Shown piece by piece: positions 1 through 9,670 of a stretch of 64,000 bases of DNA (positions are counted from its first letter, which is position 1; each line of letters opens with the position of its first letter). Position numbers and translations under genes: made by a program. The notes below the pieces were generated by a model. It was not told where the DNA came from. It saw nothing but the letters and a program-made list of their open reading frames with translations, and made no database searches. Location: positions 948,727-1,012,726 of the forward strand of contig JAHQJS010000004.1 of assembly GCA_019057385.1 (NCBI GenBank), in the 5' to 3' direction. This DNA comes from Candidatus Borrarchaeum weybense (GTDB lineage Archaea; Asgardarchaeota; Sifarchaeia; Borrarchaeales; Borrarchaeaceae).

Positions 1-2
1 TC

Positions 3-1195
3 TGGGAAAGTGAGTTATGCGTGAGACCTGAAGGATATTTATTGCATGAAATGGGGCTCTCATCAAATGTTTTTTTTCAAGAGGATATGACTCTCTTTAA
101 GAGAAGTCGAAGCGTTGAAGGACGTTTATCTAATGATGATTATCACATTCCATTGTTGAGATTATTAGTAGCCTTAGAGCCAGAAAATTCTATCACAATA
201 AGTGCCTTAAAATACAGTTTAAGTAATAAACACCATTTACTAGACATTCTTTTTGGATGTAGTTGCATTTTCATTTTAGCATTGATGGAACTTGATTATT
301 CTAACTACATTGACATAATTGAAGATGGTATCAAACACATTAAAGGTAAACAAAACCAAGATGGATCTTGGGGGAAACACAAGCACTATGACGATATGCA
401 TTTTGCAATAAAAGCAATATCGAGAATTAATGGAATTTATAATGACTATATAAAGAGAAGTATTGAATTCATAAAAACATCTCAGAATCCTGATGGAAGT
501 TGGGGTGAAAAAGTCTCAATATTTCCAGAGGAGCCTGAAAAAGAGCCCATTTATGTTCATTCCGTTGATAATACTTCATACGCACTATTAAGCCTACTAG
601 CAGTTACTCCGCCCCTTTCAATAACTCAAGAGCAATATCAGTTAGAAAAGATCCAGTACGAACAAAAAATAAATCGGAAAAAGTCAGACTTCATTCATAC
701 GTCACCTCTCTATGACACAAAAGATAAGATACTCCATGTTACGACGTTACATGATAAAATAAGTGAAGTATTGAATAACGCAAAACACACGCTTCTCATA
801 ATGTCTCCTTACATCGACATGCACTATAAGGAAATTACCAATTTATCAGCACGTAATCCATTACTTGACATACGAATAATCACCCGACCAAAGGATGAGA
901 TCGGGGCGAGCGAAAGAAGATATCAAAGCATGCCATCAATTTGTTGAAAAAAGCAACCAAAGGAAAGCTAAAACATTTGGATATTATTCATTCAAGACTC
1001 ATAATTGTTGATAATCAAGAAATAATACTTTCCTCCGCTGATTTAACACTGGAAGGATTAGCCGACGAATTTAATGCGGGAATTTATACGAGAGATCCTG
1101 AACTTGTTAAACAGTCCATAGACTATTTTGAGAACACTTGGAACTATGAAGATATTGTTGCTAAGATAAAAAATGAAAAACAGTTAGAATATTGA
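3..1195 (+). pseudogene. Prenyltransferase/squalene-cyclase QW-repeat protein fused to a C-terminal PLD-like nuclease domain; 5' end outside window; frameshift at ~903-906
   Basis: QNQDGSWG and SQNPDGSWG repeats; PLD-like LLIMSPYI...IRIITRP in ORF 21..947 continues after a frame change as GERKKISKHAINLLKKA...HSRLIIVD...SSADLT (ORF 941..1195). One extra G in the GGGG run restores one ORF. Confidence 0.7.
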
Positions 1196-1228
1196 GGTCT
1201 TATATTTCTTTATTCCTTTTTTTTAGAA

Positions 1229-1426
1229 TTATAGCTTCTCGAACTGCTCAATGATCTCAAAAAATTCTTGTTTTTCCAACATTGACCTGTAGTTCTCCAG
1301 ATCTTTGATGAGTCCCTCCATACTTTCAGATTGTTTTGCTAGTTGAAGTACAAAAGCTAATGTTTTATTAATTGCGGTCTTGGTATCAAGAGATACGACT
1401 ATTTTTTTATTACTGGGAAACAACAT
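1229..1426 (-). CDS. Small hypothetical helical protein (65 aa)
   Basis: ORF with GTGAGGTGAG RBS-like sequence directly before ATG. Confidence 0.55.
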   Translation of the reverse strand: MLFPSNKKIVVSLDTKTAINKTLAFVLQLAKQSESMEGLIKDLENYRSMLEKQEFFEIIEQFEKL

Positions 1427-1551
1427 CTCACCTCACATTTGTTGATGAATTCCACTATTTTTGTCGTATATCTTAGTATAAATAACTAACGGGAAGAACA
1501 GTCAGTTTAAACGAATATTAGGCGAGGAGAGAGACCCAGGTAAAAATGACC

Positions 1552-1613
1552 CCATCACTTGTTTTAAAAAAACGACAAAATCATGAAAAACATAATATAC
1601 GGGTATACTCATG
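1552..1613 (+). repeat. Imperfect ~62-bp direct repeat, copy 1
   Basis: CCATCACT..AAAAAAACGAC.AAATCATGAAAAA.ATAATATAC..GTAT..TCATG also at 3478-3540; internal TCATGA...TCATGA dyad. Confidence 0.85.
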
Positions 1614-1647
1614 ATTTATTTTAAATAGAAAATAGGGAGGGACTTCT

Positions 1648-2922
1648 ATGAAGTTAAGCGAATTTTTACTCACCCTAAACAAGAACGAATTAACCAATAT
1701 TGCTCGGAAAAGTGGAGTAAGTGGATACAGTAAACTCAAAAAGGAAGCACTTATTGATTTGATAGTATCCCACATGAGCAATCCTGAAACCTTGGAAGAG
1801 CATCATCTATTCCTTTTAACGCCATCGGCCATAGAACTCTTAAAGATACTCCTAACGGCAGGCGGACGGATGAAAGATGATGGTCTGAGAAAAGAAATGT
1901 TGAAAATACGATCTAGCACAACCTACTATAAAGCTCTCAGGGAAGTCCAAGCGTTATCATTGGTATTCGAGGAGTGGGAAGAGGAAGAGAGAGAAGACTA
2001 TTGGGAAGAGAGCTATTTCTACACAATTCCTGAAGATTTGATCGCCCCACTATCAAAGATAACGGAAACCATTGTTCCAACCACGGTTGATGAGGAGGAA
2101 GAAGGGGATATCGGAGAAATAACATCTTTTGACGACCTTCTTGATACATTCTACACGAAGGACGAATTGAAGGAACTAGTAAGAGAAGCGGGACTCAAAG
2201 TAAGTGGTAAAAAGGCCGAATTAATCGATCGGGTACTTTATGAAAGCGTGTATGACCTCGATGTACTTCTTGATACCCTTTTCAGCAAGTCAATCCTACG
2301 TGAGATATGTTCCTTTCTCGGACTTCCAGTATCTGGGACGAAAATAACGCTCATCCAAAGAATAATCGATAAGGTGCCGCCAAAAAAAGAACGAAAAATG
2401 GCTCCCGTCACTCCAACACCAGAAGTACAGCCAGCCCTTGCGAAACCGTCTGTTGCTGCAGTTGAAACCGCTCCTGAGGTGACTCCTGAACCACTCGTAA
2501 GAATAAAGTCTAAGCAACTTTTTGAGGATCTCTATGAACTGATGAGACAGCTTCCCGTCGAGAGTTTAAAACTTTCTAGGAAAACAGGAGCAAAGGAAAA
2601 AGATATAGAACGATTTGTGTATGGCTCATTACTTACTTGGGGTCAACAAAAGGGAATTAATGTCGACAATCAAGCCGTAGGATTGTTAGGTCCAGATGTC
2701 AGGGTGCCAGATATAAGTATCGGAAATTACGATGTGGCCATTGAGTTGAAATATATTTCCGCTGTTGAGGATGCAAGAGCCGCCTTTGGACAGGCGCATG
2801 AATATGCAGACCGCTGGAAATATGTTATTCTCTATGTATTCGACCCAAATAACAACTTTACCCCGTCATTAGAGAAAGCACTCAAGAATAATCCGCAGAT
2901 CAAAGTCATCATTCGAAGATAG
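1648..2922 (+). CDS. Multi-SAP/HeH-repeat protein with C-terminal PD-(D/E)xK nuclease domain
   Basis: Three SAP/Rho_N-like motifs (LNKNELTNIARKSGVSGYSKLKKEALI; TKDELKELVREAGLKVSGKKAELIDR; LREICSFLGLPVSGTKITLIQRI), Pro/Ala linker, then PDISIG..AIELKY...GQA..Y. Confidence 0.75.
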   Translation: MKLSEFLLTLNKNELTNIARKSGVSGYSKLKKEALIDLIVSHMSNPETLEEHHLFLLTPSAIELLKILLTAGGRMKDDGLRKEMLKIRSSTTYYKALREVQALSLVFEEWEEEEREDYWEESYFYTIPEDLIAPLSKITETIVPTTVDEEEEGDIGEITSFDDLLDTFYTKDELKELVREAGLKVSGKKAELIDRVLYESVYDLDVLLDTLFSKSILREICSFLGLPVSGTKITLIQRIIDKVPPKKERKMAPVTPTPEVQPALAKPSVAAVETAPEVTPEPLVRIKSKQLFEDLYELMRQLPVESLKLSRKTGAKEKDIERFVYGSLLTWGQQKGINVDNQAVGLLGPDVRVPDISIGNYDVAIELKYISAVEDARAAFGQAHEYADRWKYVILYVFDPNNNFTPSLEKALKNNPQIKVIIRR

Positions 2923-2954
2923 AATTATAAACCTCTTTTTCCTATTTTTTTACC

Positions 2955-3455
2955 ATGTATGTTGTCAGATTCAAGGATAAAAGCCTAGAAAAGCGTGTGT
3001 ATGACTATATCCAAGAAAATTCTGAAGTTGAGATATTTTTAGGCTTAATTGGTTTTTTACGAGGTAGTGGAACAAAAGATATTGAATACATGATTAATGA
3101 TGTTATTCCTTTTCCAAATCTTAGTTTACGACCTCAGGAAACCGTAATAGTCCCGCAAGTATGGTATGAAACCCTCACAATGTATATCCGATTAAAATTT
3201 AGGAAGGCAAACAGTATTCATCGCCCTCTAGGATGTCTTCATTCGCATCCTGGTGAGATCCCCCTACCTACTCCACATGACAAAAACTTCGCCAAGGCTC
3301 TTGCTAAAGATGCAGGAAACGCGCTTATGGTAATCGTGGGAAATAATAACCTCATGTATGCCTATAGAGCAGCAACTGATAACGATATGGAAAAAATACG
3401 TGTCCACTCAAATTATTTTAGGGTCAGAACTCGCCCTAAAAAGAATCGTTTGTGA
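2955..3455 (+). CDS. JAB/MPN (JAMM) domain metalloprotease
   Basis: N-terminal E (EVEIFLGLIG) and HSHP-x5-PTPHD JAMM motif. Confidence 0.8.
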   Translation: MYVVRFKDKSLEKRVYDYIQENSEVEIFLGLIGFLRGSGTKDIEYMINDVIPFPNLSLRPQETVIVPQVWYETLTMYIRLKFRKANSIHRPLGCLHSHPGEIPLPTPHDKNFAKALAKDAGNALMVIVGNNNLMYAYRAATDNDMEKIRVHSNYFRVRTRPKKNRL

Positions 3456-3477
3456 AAAAGTATTACTATCTTTGAAA

Positions 3478-3540
3478 CCATCACTAATTAAAAAAAAACG
3501 ACACAAATCATGAAAAATATAATATACACGTATTTTCATG
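3478..3540 (+). repeat. Imperfect ~62-bp direct repeat, copy 2
   Basis: Matches 1552-1613; CATGAAAA...TTTTCATG hairpin; overlaps stop codon of the HEPN gene. Confidence 0.85.
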
Positions 3541-4198
3541 CCTTCTCAAATATCTCTTTGGCTAATTTTAAAGTATCAACGGCCTGTTTCTTGTCAGGAA
3601 TGTTTCCTGAATGAACTATATCATTTCTTAAGTCTCTAATATTCTTTATTTCAGTTTCTTTATATACGGGTATTCCCTTTTTCTCAAGCCTTTTTATTTT
3701 ATCAGGAATACCCTCATCTAGCGGAGGACCCTTTATTCCCAGAGTTTTCATTTTTTCAGTAAGTATTATTTCGTTTGAGGTGTCAGCAAGGATTACCATT
3801 ACCATCCTCTCGAATTCATTGTCTGGGTTTAAATTTTCCGCAAACTCAAGGATACATCCAGCCCGTTGCAGCGTTATAGGTCGAGCGTCTATTAATTTTT
3901 TTACACATTCCTGAGCTAGGCGCACTACTTCAGTGGCAATACCCTTGAAATCTTCTAAGGATATGCTCGGAGTACCACTTATGTAAATAGTGTCAGTTGT
4001 GTGTATGCGCACATGCATGTCTTTTTTGTCTTCAAGATTAAGTCTACCATGATAAATAACATATTTACCTTTATCCTCAACTCGATGAGAGTTGAATTTT
4101 CTTTCTAAAGCATATTTAAGCCGATCTATGGCCTCTTTTGAAGAAATTCCAGAAACCGTTGCTTGCCTTTTATGGCTCTTATGCGTGCTCATCTTCAC
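3536..4198 (-). CDS. HEPN-domain protein (putative RNase) with N-terminal TBP-like/RNase HIII-N-like domain
   Basis: C-terminal RNDIVH (R-x4-H) HEPN motif; N-terminal VRIHTTDTIYISG resembles the TBP-like fold (weak). Confidence 0.65.
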   Translation of the reverse strand: MKMSTHKSHKRQATVSGISSKEAIDRLKYALERKFNSHRVEDKGKYVIYHGRLNLEDKKDMHVRIHTTDTIYISGTPSISLEDFKGIATEVVRLAQECVKKLIDARPITLQRAGCILEFAENLNPDNEFERMVMVILADTSNEIILTEKMKTLGIKGPPLDEGIPDKIKRLEKKGIPVYKETEIKNIRDLRNDIVHSGNIPDKKQAVDTLKLAKEIFEKA

Positions 4199-4834
4199 AC
4201 ATCTACTTTGTATTACCTATTGTCGACGTAATTAACATAAACTTATGCCATCTATTTAATATACTTTTATTTCGTTGAGTGATAAAATAAGTGACCTAGT
4301 AAAGGAGAAAAAGTTTCACCACACAGTTATCTTCTTTATGGAGTGTGTTGTGATGTTTTCTCTTAACTTTCTATCAAGTCACTTTGGATTCTGTATATAT
4401 AGTATAATAGCGAAGCCACATATCAACCTTATTCTTTATGGAAGCCTAGTGTCCACAAATCCCTCACAGAGTAGCAATGACAAAAAATGCGCTGGCTTTA
4501 TATACTCTTTTTCATTGCAACAGGTGACTGTTTGCCTCGACAGTTGGACCTATGCCTTCAATACCCCAATCACCCACATTAATTTTGTATAAAAGGCGTA
4601 GCAGTCCAACTTCCCCCCTCTCTCAAGTATTACTCAAAACACCTTCATTTATAAAGAAAAGCAGCACCTGGACACAGATCCTGAGTACCAGGACACACTT
4701 GAGTATTATTTTGTGTCTTTTTTCGATATAAAATATCTTTCGAGTACACGCAGATAACACTCGAAGAAAGTCGGCTGTTAAGTGATCAAGTAAATAAAAA
4801 AAGAAAATTATGTAGGGAGTGATTTTTTCGTGGT

Positions 4835-4855
4835 TTGTAGACATCGTCTGTAAAC
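4835..4855. repeat. 21-bp dyad motif TTTRYAGA-N5-TYTRYAAA
   Basis: TTTGTAGA-CATCG-TCTGTAAA; related copies at 9397, 53451-53488 and 56003. Confidence 0.5.
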
Positions 4856-4876
4856 TATTTTTGGAAGTTACGACAA

Positions 4877-6994
4877 TTATTTAACTTTAGGAAGTAGCAT
4901 ATGAAAGGTACTCCCTTCACCAATTCGACTTTCCGCCCATATTTTACCGCCGTGCATCGTCACATATCTTTTCGTGATAGCTAGTCCTAGTCCTGTGCGT
5001 TCGAACTCGGATGGGAAGTGAACGGATTCAGGAATATCTGCTACGTGAAACGGCTGAAATATCTTTTCAAGATCCTCTTCTGCGATACCTATTCCCGTGT
5101 CTTTCACCGTGACGTGGAGGTTTTCTGCCTCTTCCAGTAATGTGATATCGATTGTACCGCCGTCAAGAGTGTATTTGATGGCATTGGAAAGCAGGTTGCC
5201 AAAAATCCTATGTATTATTTCTTTATCTAGGTAAATAAAAGGCAACATCTTAGGAGTAGTGAGTTTAAGTATATGCCTGTGTTTTAATGCTAGTGGAAAG
5301 ACTTCTTTGACAGTTTGGATAGCAACGGTTTTAAGTGAGCCTAACGCCATCTTCGGTTTTATGGTACCTGCTTCTAGGTGAGAGTAATCAAGGAGGTTGT
5401 TTATAAGCACGGCGAGTCTTTTAGCATTCCGAGAAATAATCCCTATCCTTCTATTAACATCTGCAGGAAGATTCATGTTTTTACTTGTTATTTCAAGAAG
5501 TTCGACATGTGCTTTCAGGGCGCTTAATGGAGTTCGAAGTTCATGGGCAGCTACATTGATGAACTGTGTTTTCATTTGCTCAAGTTCCTGTCGCTCGGTG
5601 ATATCCTTCGCCACTTCCACAATAGCTACAATGCTTCCCTCGGCGTCTCGTACTGGAGAACTTGTGACCAGGATATGACTACGCCTTCCCTCCGGAAGTA
5701 TGTTAACTCGTTCCGAAATAACTGTTTTTCCTTCATTAAACACCGTCTCGAAATAACAGTCAGGACAGCGTTCATCTAAACCCTTATACGCTTCGTAACA
5801 CTTCTTACCGATGACGTCTCCCCAGACGTCCTTCATTGGCTGATTCATCCAGATGATGTCTAAAGCCTTATTTTGGATCGTGATTTGGTCTCCGATTCCA
5901 GCCAACATTGCCTTGAGTTTTTCTTCTGATTCTTTTAAGGCCTTTGTTCGTTCCTCAACGATCTTTTCCAGGTTTTCGGCATAGTCTTTCAGTTTTTTTT
6001 CCAATAGTTTTCGTTCAGTGATATCTTTAAACACTTCCACAACTGCTACAATGTGTCCCTCAGCGTCTCGTACTGGAGAACTTGTGACTAAAACAGGAAT
6101 ACTCCTTCCATCCAGAAGTACGCTAACTCGTTCCGAAACAACCGTTTTTCCTTCATTAAACACCGTCTCGAAATAACAGTCAGGACAGGGCGCATCTAAT
6201 CCCTTATACACTTCGTAACACTTCTTATCGATGACGTCCCCCCAGATGTCCTTTATTGGCTGATTCACCCAGATGATGTCTAAATCCTTATTTTGAATCG
6301 TAATTTGGTCTCCAATTCCGGTCAAAATTGCCTGCAGTTTTCCTTTCGATTCTTTTAAGGCCTTTGTTCGTTCCTCAACGATCTTTTCCAGGTTTTCAGT
6401 ATACTCTTTCAGTTGTTTCTCCAATTCCTTTCTTTTCTCAACGATCTTTTCTAGGTTTTCAGCATACTCTCTTTGTTTTCTCTCCAATAGTTTTCGTTCA
6501 GTGATATCCTTGCCCACATCCACAATAGCTACGATGTTTCCCTCGGCGTCTCGTACTGGAGAACTTGTGACCAAAATAGGAGTCCGCCTTCCATCCGGAA
6601 GTATATCAACTTGTTCCGAAACAACCGTTCTTCCTTCATTAATCATCGTCTCGACATAACAGTCAGGACAGGGCACATCTAACCCCTTATACACTTTATA
6701 GCACTTCTTACCGATGACATCTCCCCAAATATCCTTTACTGGCTGATTCATCCAGATGATGTCTAAAGCCTTATTTTGGATCGTGATTTGGTCTCCGATT
6801 CCGGTCAAAATTGCCTGCAGTTTTCCTTTCGATTCTTTTAAAGCCTTCGTTCGTTCTTCAATGTTCTTTTCGAGATTTGCAATATGTTCTGCTATCTTTT
6901 CCTCAGTCTGCTTGCGATCAGTGATCTCTCTTTTTATCGCATCCTTTACATCTGTTGGAACATCTTCCCTATCTAAATACTCTTGTAAGTCCGT
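4877..6994 (-). CDS. Soluble triple-PAS sensor histidine kinase (frame open to an ACG at 6994)
   Basis: Three PAS/PAC repeats, H-box AAHELRTP, N-box NLLSNAIKY, DTGIG and GLGL boxes; reading frame open 62 codons upstream of the called TTG. Confidence 0.9.
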   Translation of the reverse strand, partial: TDLQEYLDREDVPTDVKDAIKREITDRKQTEEKIAEHIANLEKNIEERTKALKESKGKLQAILTGIGDQITIQNKALDIIWMNQPVKDIWGDVIGKKCYKVYKGLDVPCPDCYVETMINEGRTVVSEQVDILPDGRRTPILVTSSPVRDAEGNIVAIVDVGKDITERKLLERKQREYAENLEKIVEKRKELEKQLKEYTENLEKIVEERTKALKESKGKLQAILTGIGDQITIQNKDLDIIWVNQPIKDIWGDVIDKKCYEVYKGLDAPCPDCYFETVFNEGKTVVSERVSVLLDGRSIPVLVTSSPVRDAEGHIVAVVEVFKDITERKLLEKKLKDYAENLEKIVEERTKALKESEEKLKAMLAGIGDQITIQNKALDIIWMNQPMKDVWGDVIGKKCYEAYKGLDERCPDCYFETVFNEGKTVISERVNILPEGRRSHILVTSSPVRDAEGSIVAIVEVAKDITERQELEQMKTQFINVAAHELRTPLSALKAHVELLEITSKNMNLPADVNRRIGIISRNAKRLAVLINNLLDYSHLEAGTIKPKMALGSLKTVAIQTVKEVFPLALKHRHILKLTTPKMLPFIYLDKEIIHRIFGNLLSNAIKYTLDGGTIDITLLEEAENLHVTVKDTGIGIAEEDLEKIFQPFHVADIPESVHFPSEFERTGLGLAITKRYVTMHGGKIWAESRIGEGSTFHMLLPKVK
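5600..6860 (-). repeat. Three near-identical tandem PAS+coiled-coil modules within the kinase gene
   Basis: GIGDQITIQNK.LDIIW.NQP.KD.WGDVI.KKCY..YKGLD..CPDCY repeated three times with high DNA identity. Confidence 0.9.
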
Positions 6995-7241
6995 TTATAT
7001 CACCCATATCACCGATTTACGACTGCTTCTTGCCCCAAAATAATTCTTAGAACCTTTGCGAGAGATAACAATCAAGAAGAAGAAATACTTGTTTAATAAT
7101 TTAAACTGAAATATACAAATATATAAGAGTTCTGAGCACACTCTTCGGTGTTTTAGTTTGCTAGTAAAATGCCTTCATATTCTATATTGAAGGACTAAAA
7201 GGTCTATATATTGTTTTAAAAGGCAAACTTAGACAGAATGA

Positions 7242-7568
7242 GAACTCTTAGATCCAATTAAAGTAAAAATCTGCGAAGAAGGCATAATGTCTTTTAAACA
7301 TCTGGTTGAACTTACCTTCCTATTCGGCTGTATTGATGATAAAATTAGAGATAAGATAATCTGCTTTGATCGTGAGAGAAACCAAATCGCACATAGACTT
7401 CTAAAAATGGAAATTCCTTCGCAAAAGCTTAAGCAAATATGTTCACGGGGTTTGCAGTTGTTGGACGCATTGGAAACATCTTTTTCACAGATAATTCCAA
7501 AGCCCAAGTTCATAAAAATGAGAGCGTTTAAAATCATATCACTAACCCCTCCTAAATCGGGTACATGA
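7242..7568 (+). pseudogene. Probable 5'-truncated HEPN-fold gene
   Basis: RNQIAH R-x4-H motif preceded by a typical helix; only the C-terminal half present; in-frame stop at 7239. Confidence 0.45.
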
Positions 7569-7767
7569 AATCCTGTAAATGTTAGTTTTTCACTTATGTT
7601 CTAAGATAAAGTTCTCTTTTTTCGATGTTTTGCGACCGTTATCAAACTATGCCGATCTCAATTCTTAGAGCATTTCAGGATTTTAGTCTAAGTTCCTAGG
7701 ATGAATTTCTAAAAAACTAATTTGTTAGGAATTACTCTTATCAAAATCGTATCTGACAACCTGCTTA

Positions 7768-9150
7768 TCACTTTTCCCTCAATCTAGGCAAAGTAAAGAT
7801 GAAGGTGGCTCCCTTGCCCTCTCCCTCTGAATGAACCCAGATTTTGCCTCCGTGGGCTTCAATTAAGCCCTTGGTAACACTGAGTCCTAAATTCGCGCCT
7901 CTGAAGTAGGTGGGCTTCTTTATGTCGTCAAAAGGCTGGAAAATCCTTTTCAAGTCCTCCTTTCGGATTCCTATCCCCGTATCGGATACCTGTATATGAA
8001 TGACATTATCCTCTACTTCCACGCTAAGGGTTATAGTGCCATCTTCCGGTGTGAACATCGTAGCATTGTGGAGTATGTTCATTATTGCTTGCCTGAGCCT
8101 AATAGGGTCTCCCCGGATCATTAACAGGCCATTGGGAATTTCTAGGTGTAACTTTTGCTTTTTTTCGTTGATGAAGTCTTTAATGTCCTTCATGCAAATG
8201 TCTATTATCTCGGATAAGTTCAGATCCACAAGTTCTAGGTGGAGTTCTCCCGATTCGATTTGTTGGATGTCCAGTAGATCAGTGAGATAGAGAAGCTGGT
8301 CAATATTTCGTTTGACTACCTCCACACTCGTTTTGATTACTCCAGGCAATGATCCCAACTTTCCTGAATTGATGTAGTTAATGTATCCCTTAATGGAGAT
8401 TAGGGGCATTCTAAGTTCGTGGGTGGCTTTATCTATGAACTGGGACCTCACCTGGTCCAGTTTCTTCCGTTCGGTGATATCTCGGGCGATGCCTAACAAC
8501 AAAGATTGCCCTTTGATTTTTGCAGGGTACGTCCTTAATTCCACTAAAACTTGAGTGTTATCTTTTCGACTTACAATAAACTCATCTGGGCCAGTAGATT
8601 CGCCCATAGCATTTTTAACCAGAATGGCAGTCGCTTTTGGGATCTGATCTGGAGGCAATAGATTCAATTTTAAAAAACTCTTATTGATGAACTCTTCCCT
8701 CTTATAACCACTTAGTTTTTCTGAGGCTCTATTACCGTCAATGAAATTGCCTTTTAAATCACTAAAATAATACGCATCTGTTGCAAAGTCAAATAATAAC
8801 TTCAGCTGCTCTTCCGAACTTTTTAGTTCTTCCTCTATCCGATTGAACTCATTTTGTGGTGTTTCTAGTTCAGTAACACGTTGGCGCAATTCCATCAGTT
8901 CTTTTATAAATTGCTTCGCTCCTGAGGAATAATGCACAATGGTTTCCCTTAGGTCTTCTATTGAAAAATGTCCGTTTTCATAGGCTTCTACAGCTATTTG
9001 TAATATCTCAACTTTTGCAATGTTTTCGTCAGTATCACCTTTTTCTTGAACCTCATTCCAATAAAGAGAGAAACAATCCTTAATAGCAGAGAGAGGAGTC
9101 TCTTCTCGTAAAAAATTATTTAATTCGTTACATAATTCCGAATATTGCAT
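7768..9150 (-). CDS. PAS-domain sensor histidine kinase
   Basis: PAS (DGNRASEKLSGY...ARDITERK), THELRMP H-box, DTGIG box. Confidence 0.9.
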   Translation of the reverse strand: MQYSELCNELNNFLREETPLSAIKDCFSLYWNEVQEKGDTDENIAKVEILQIAVEAYENGHFSIEDLRETIVHYSSGAKQFIKELMELRQRVTELETPQNEFNRIEEELKSSEEQLKLLFDFATDAYYFSDLKGNFIDGNRASEKLSGYKREEFINKSFLKLNLLPPDQIPKATAILVKNAMGESTGPDEFIVSRKDNTQVLVELRTYPAKIKGQSLLLGIARDITERKKLDQVRSQFIDKATHELRMPLISIKGYINYINSGKLGSLPGVIKTSVEVVKRNIDQLLYLTDLLDIQQIESGELHLELVDLNLSEIIDICMKDIKDFINEKKQKLHLEIPNGLLMIRGDPIRLRQAIMNILHNATMFTPEDGTITLSVEVEDNVIHIQVSDTGIGIRKEDLKRIFQPFDDIKKPTYFRGANLGLSVTKGLIEAHGGKIWVHSEGEGKGATFIFTLPRLREK

Positions 9151-9396
9151 GCCGTTCTCCCATCCTCCTATGTTTCCAGTCTACGAATGCGTAGACCACG
9201 ATCTAGTGCCCTAGCTTCGAGTGCGAATAGCAACTTTCTACCTGTCGACCATTACAACTGCTACCACTAAAAAGTCTTGAAAATATGATAGTTCTTCTTT
9301 GAAAGAGTGTCTTAGCTTCAGAGATTCTGTTTCGTCGTATGAACGATGTATTTACTTATTTATGTAATAGAACACGCTTGTCGGTGTCTTAAATAG

Positions 9397-9417
9397 TTTG
9401 TAGAAAAATTCTACGCA
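9397..9417. repeat. Degenerate copy of 21-bp dyad motif
   Basis: AAATAG-TTTGTAGA-AAAAT-TCTACGCA; flank AAATAGTTT is inverted relative to 4852-4860. Confidence 0.4.
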
Positions 9418-9670
9418 TGTTCTAAGATCGTAAAAGAATAGCAGTCTGAACCTATCACGTGCGGAATAATTCCGGGGAGAAGTCTATTTATTATAACTAA
9501 CATACTCCTATAGGAGTAAATTCAGTATCGTTTCGATATCAATCAACTAAAAATAGTGTATTCGAGCGTTAATGTGGAGTTATAGTGACACTTCCAAGAC
9601 AATTTCAAAAATATCAATTTGAAAATTTTGAAATTGGCTTGTATCCACTTTATTTGGTCGAAAAATTCTT

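Noticed and set aside
4275-4844. ORFs 4275..4592 and 4623..4844
   Set aside because: No motifs and atypical composition; likely non-coding or decayed DNA.
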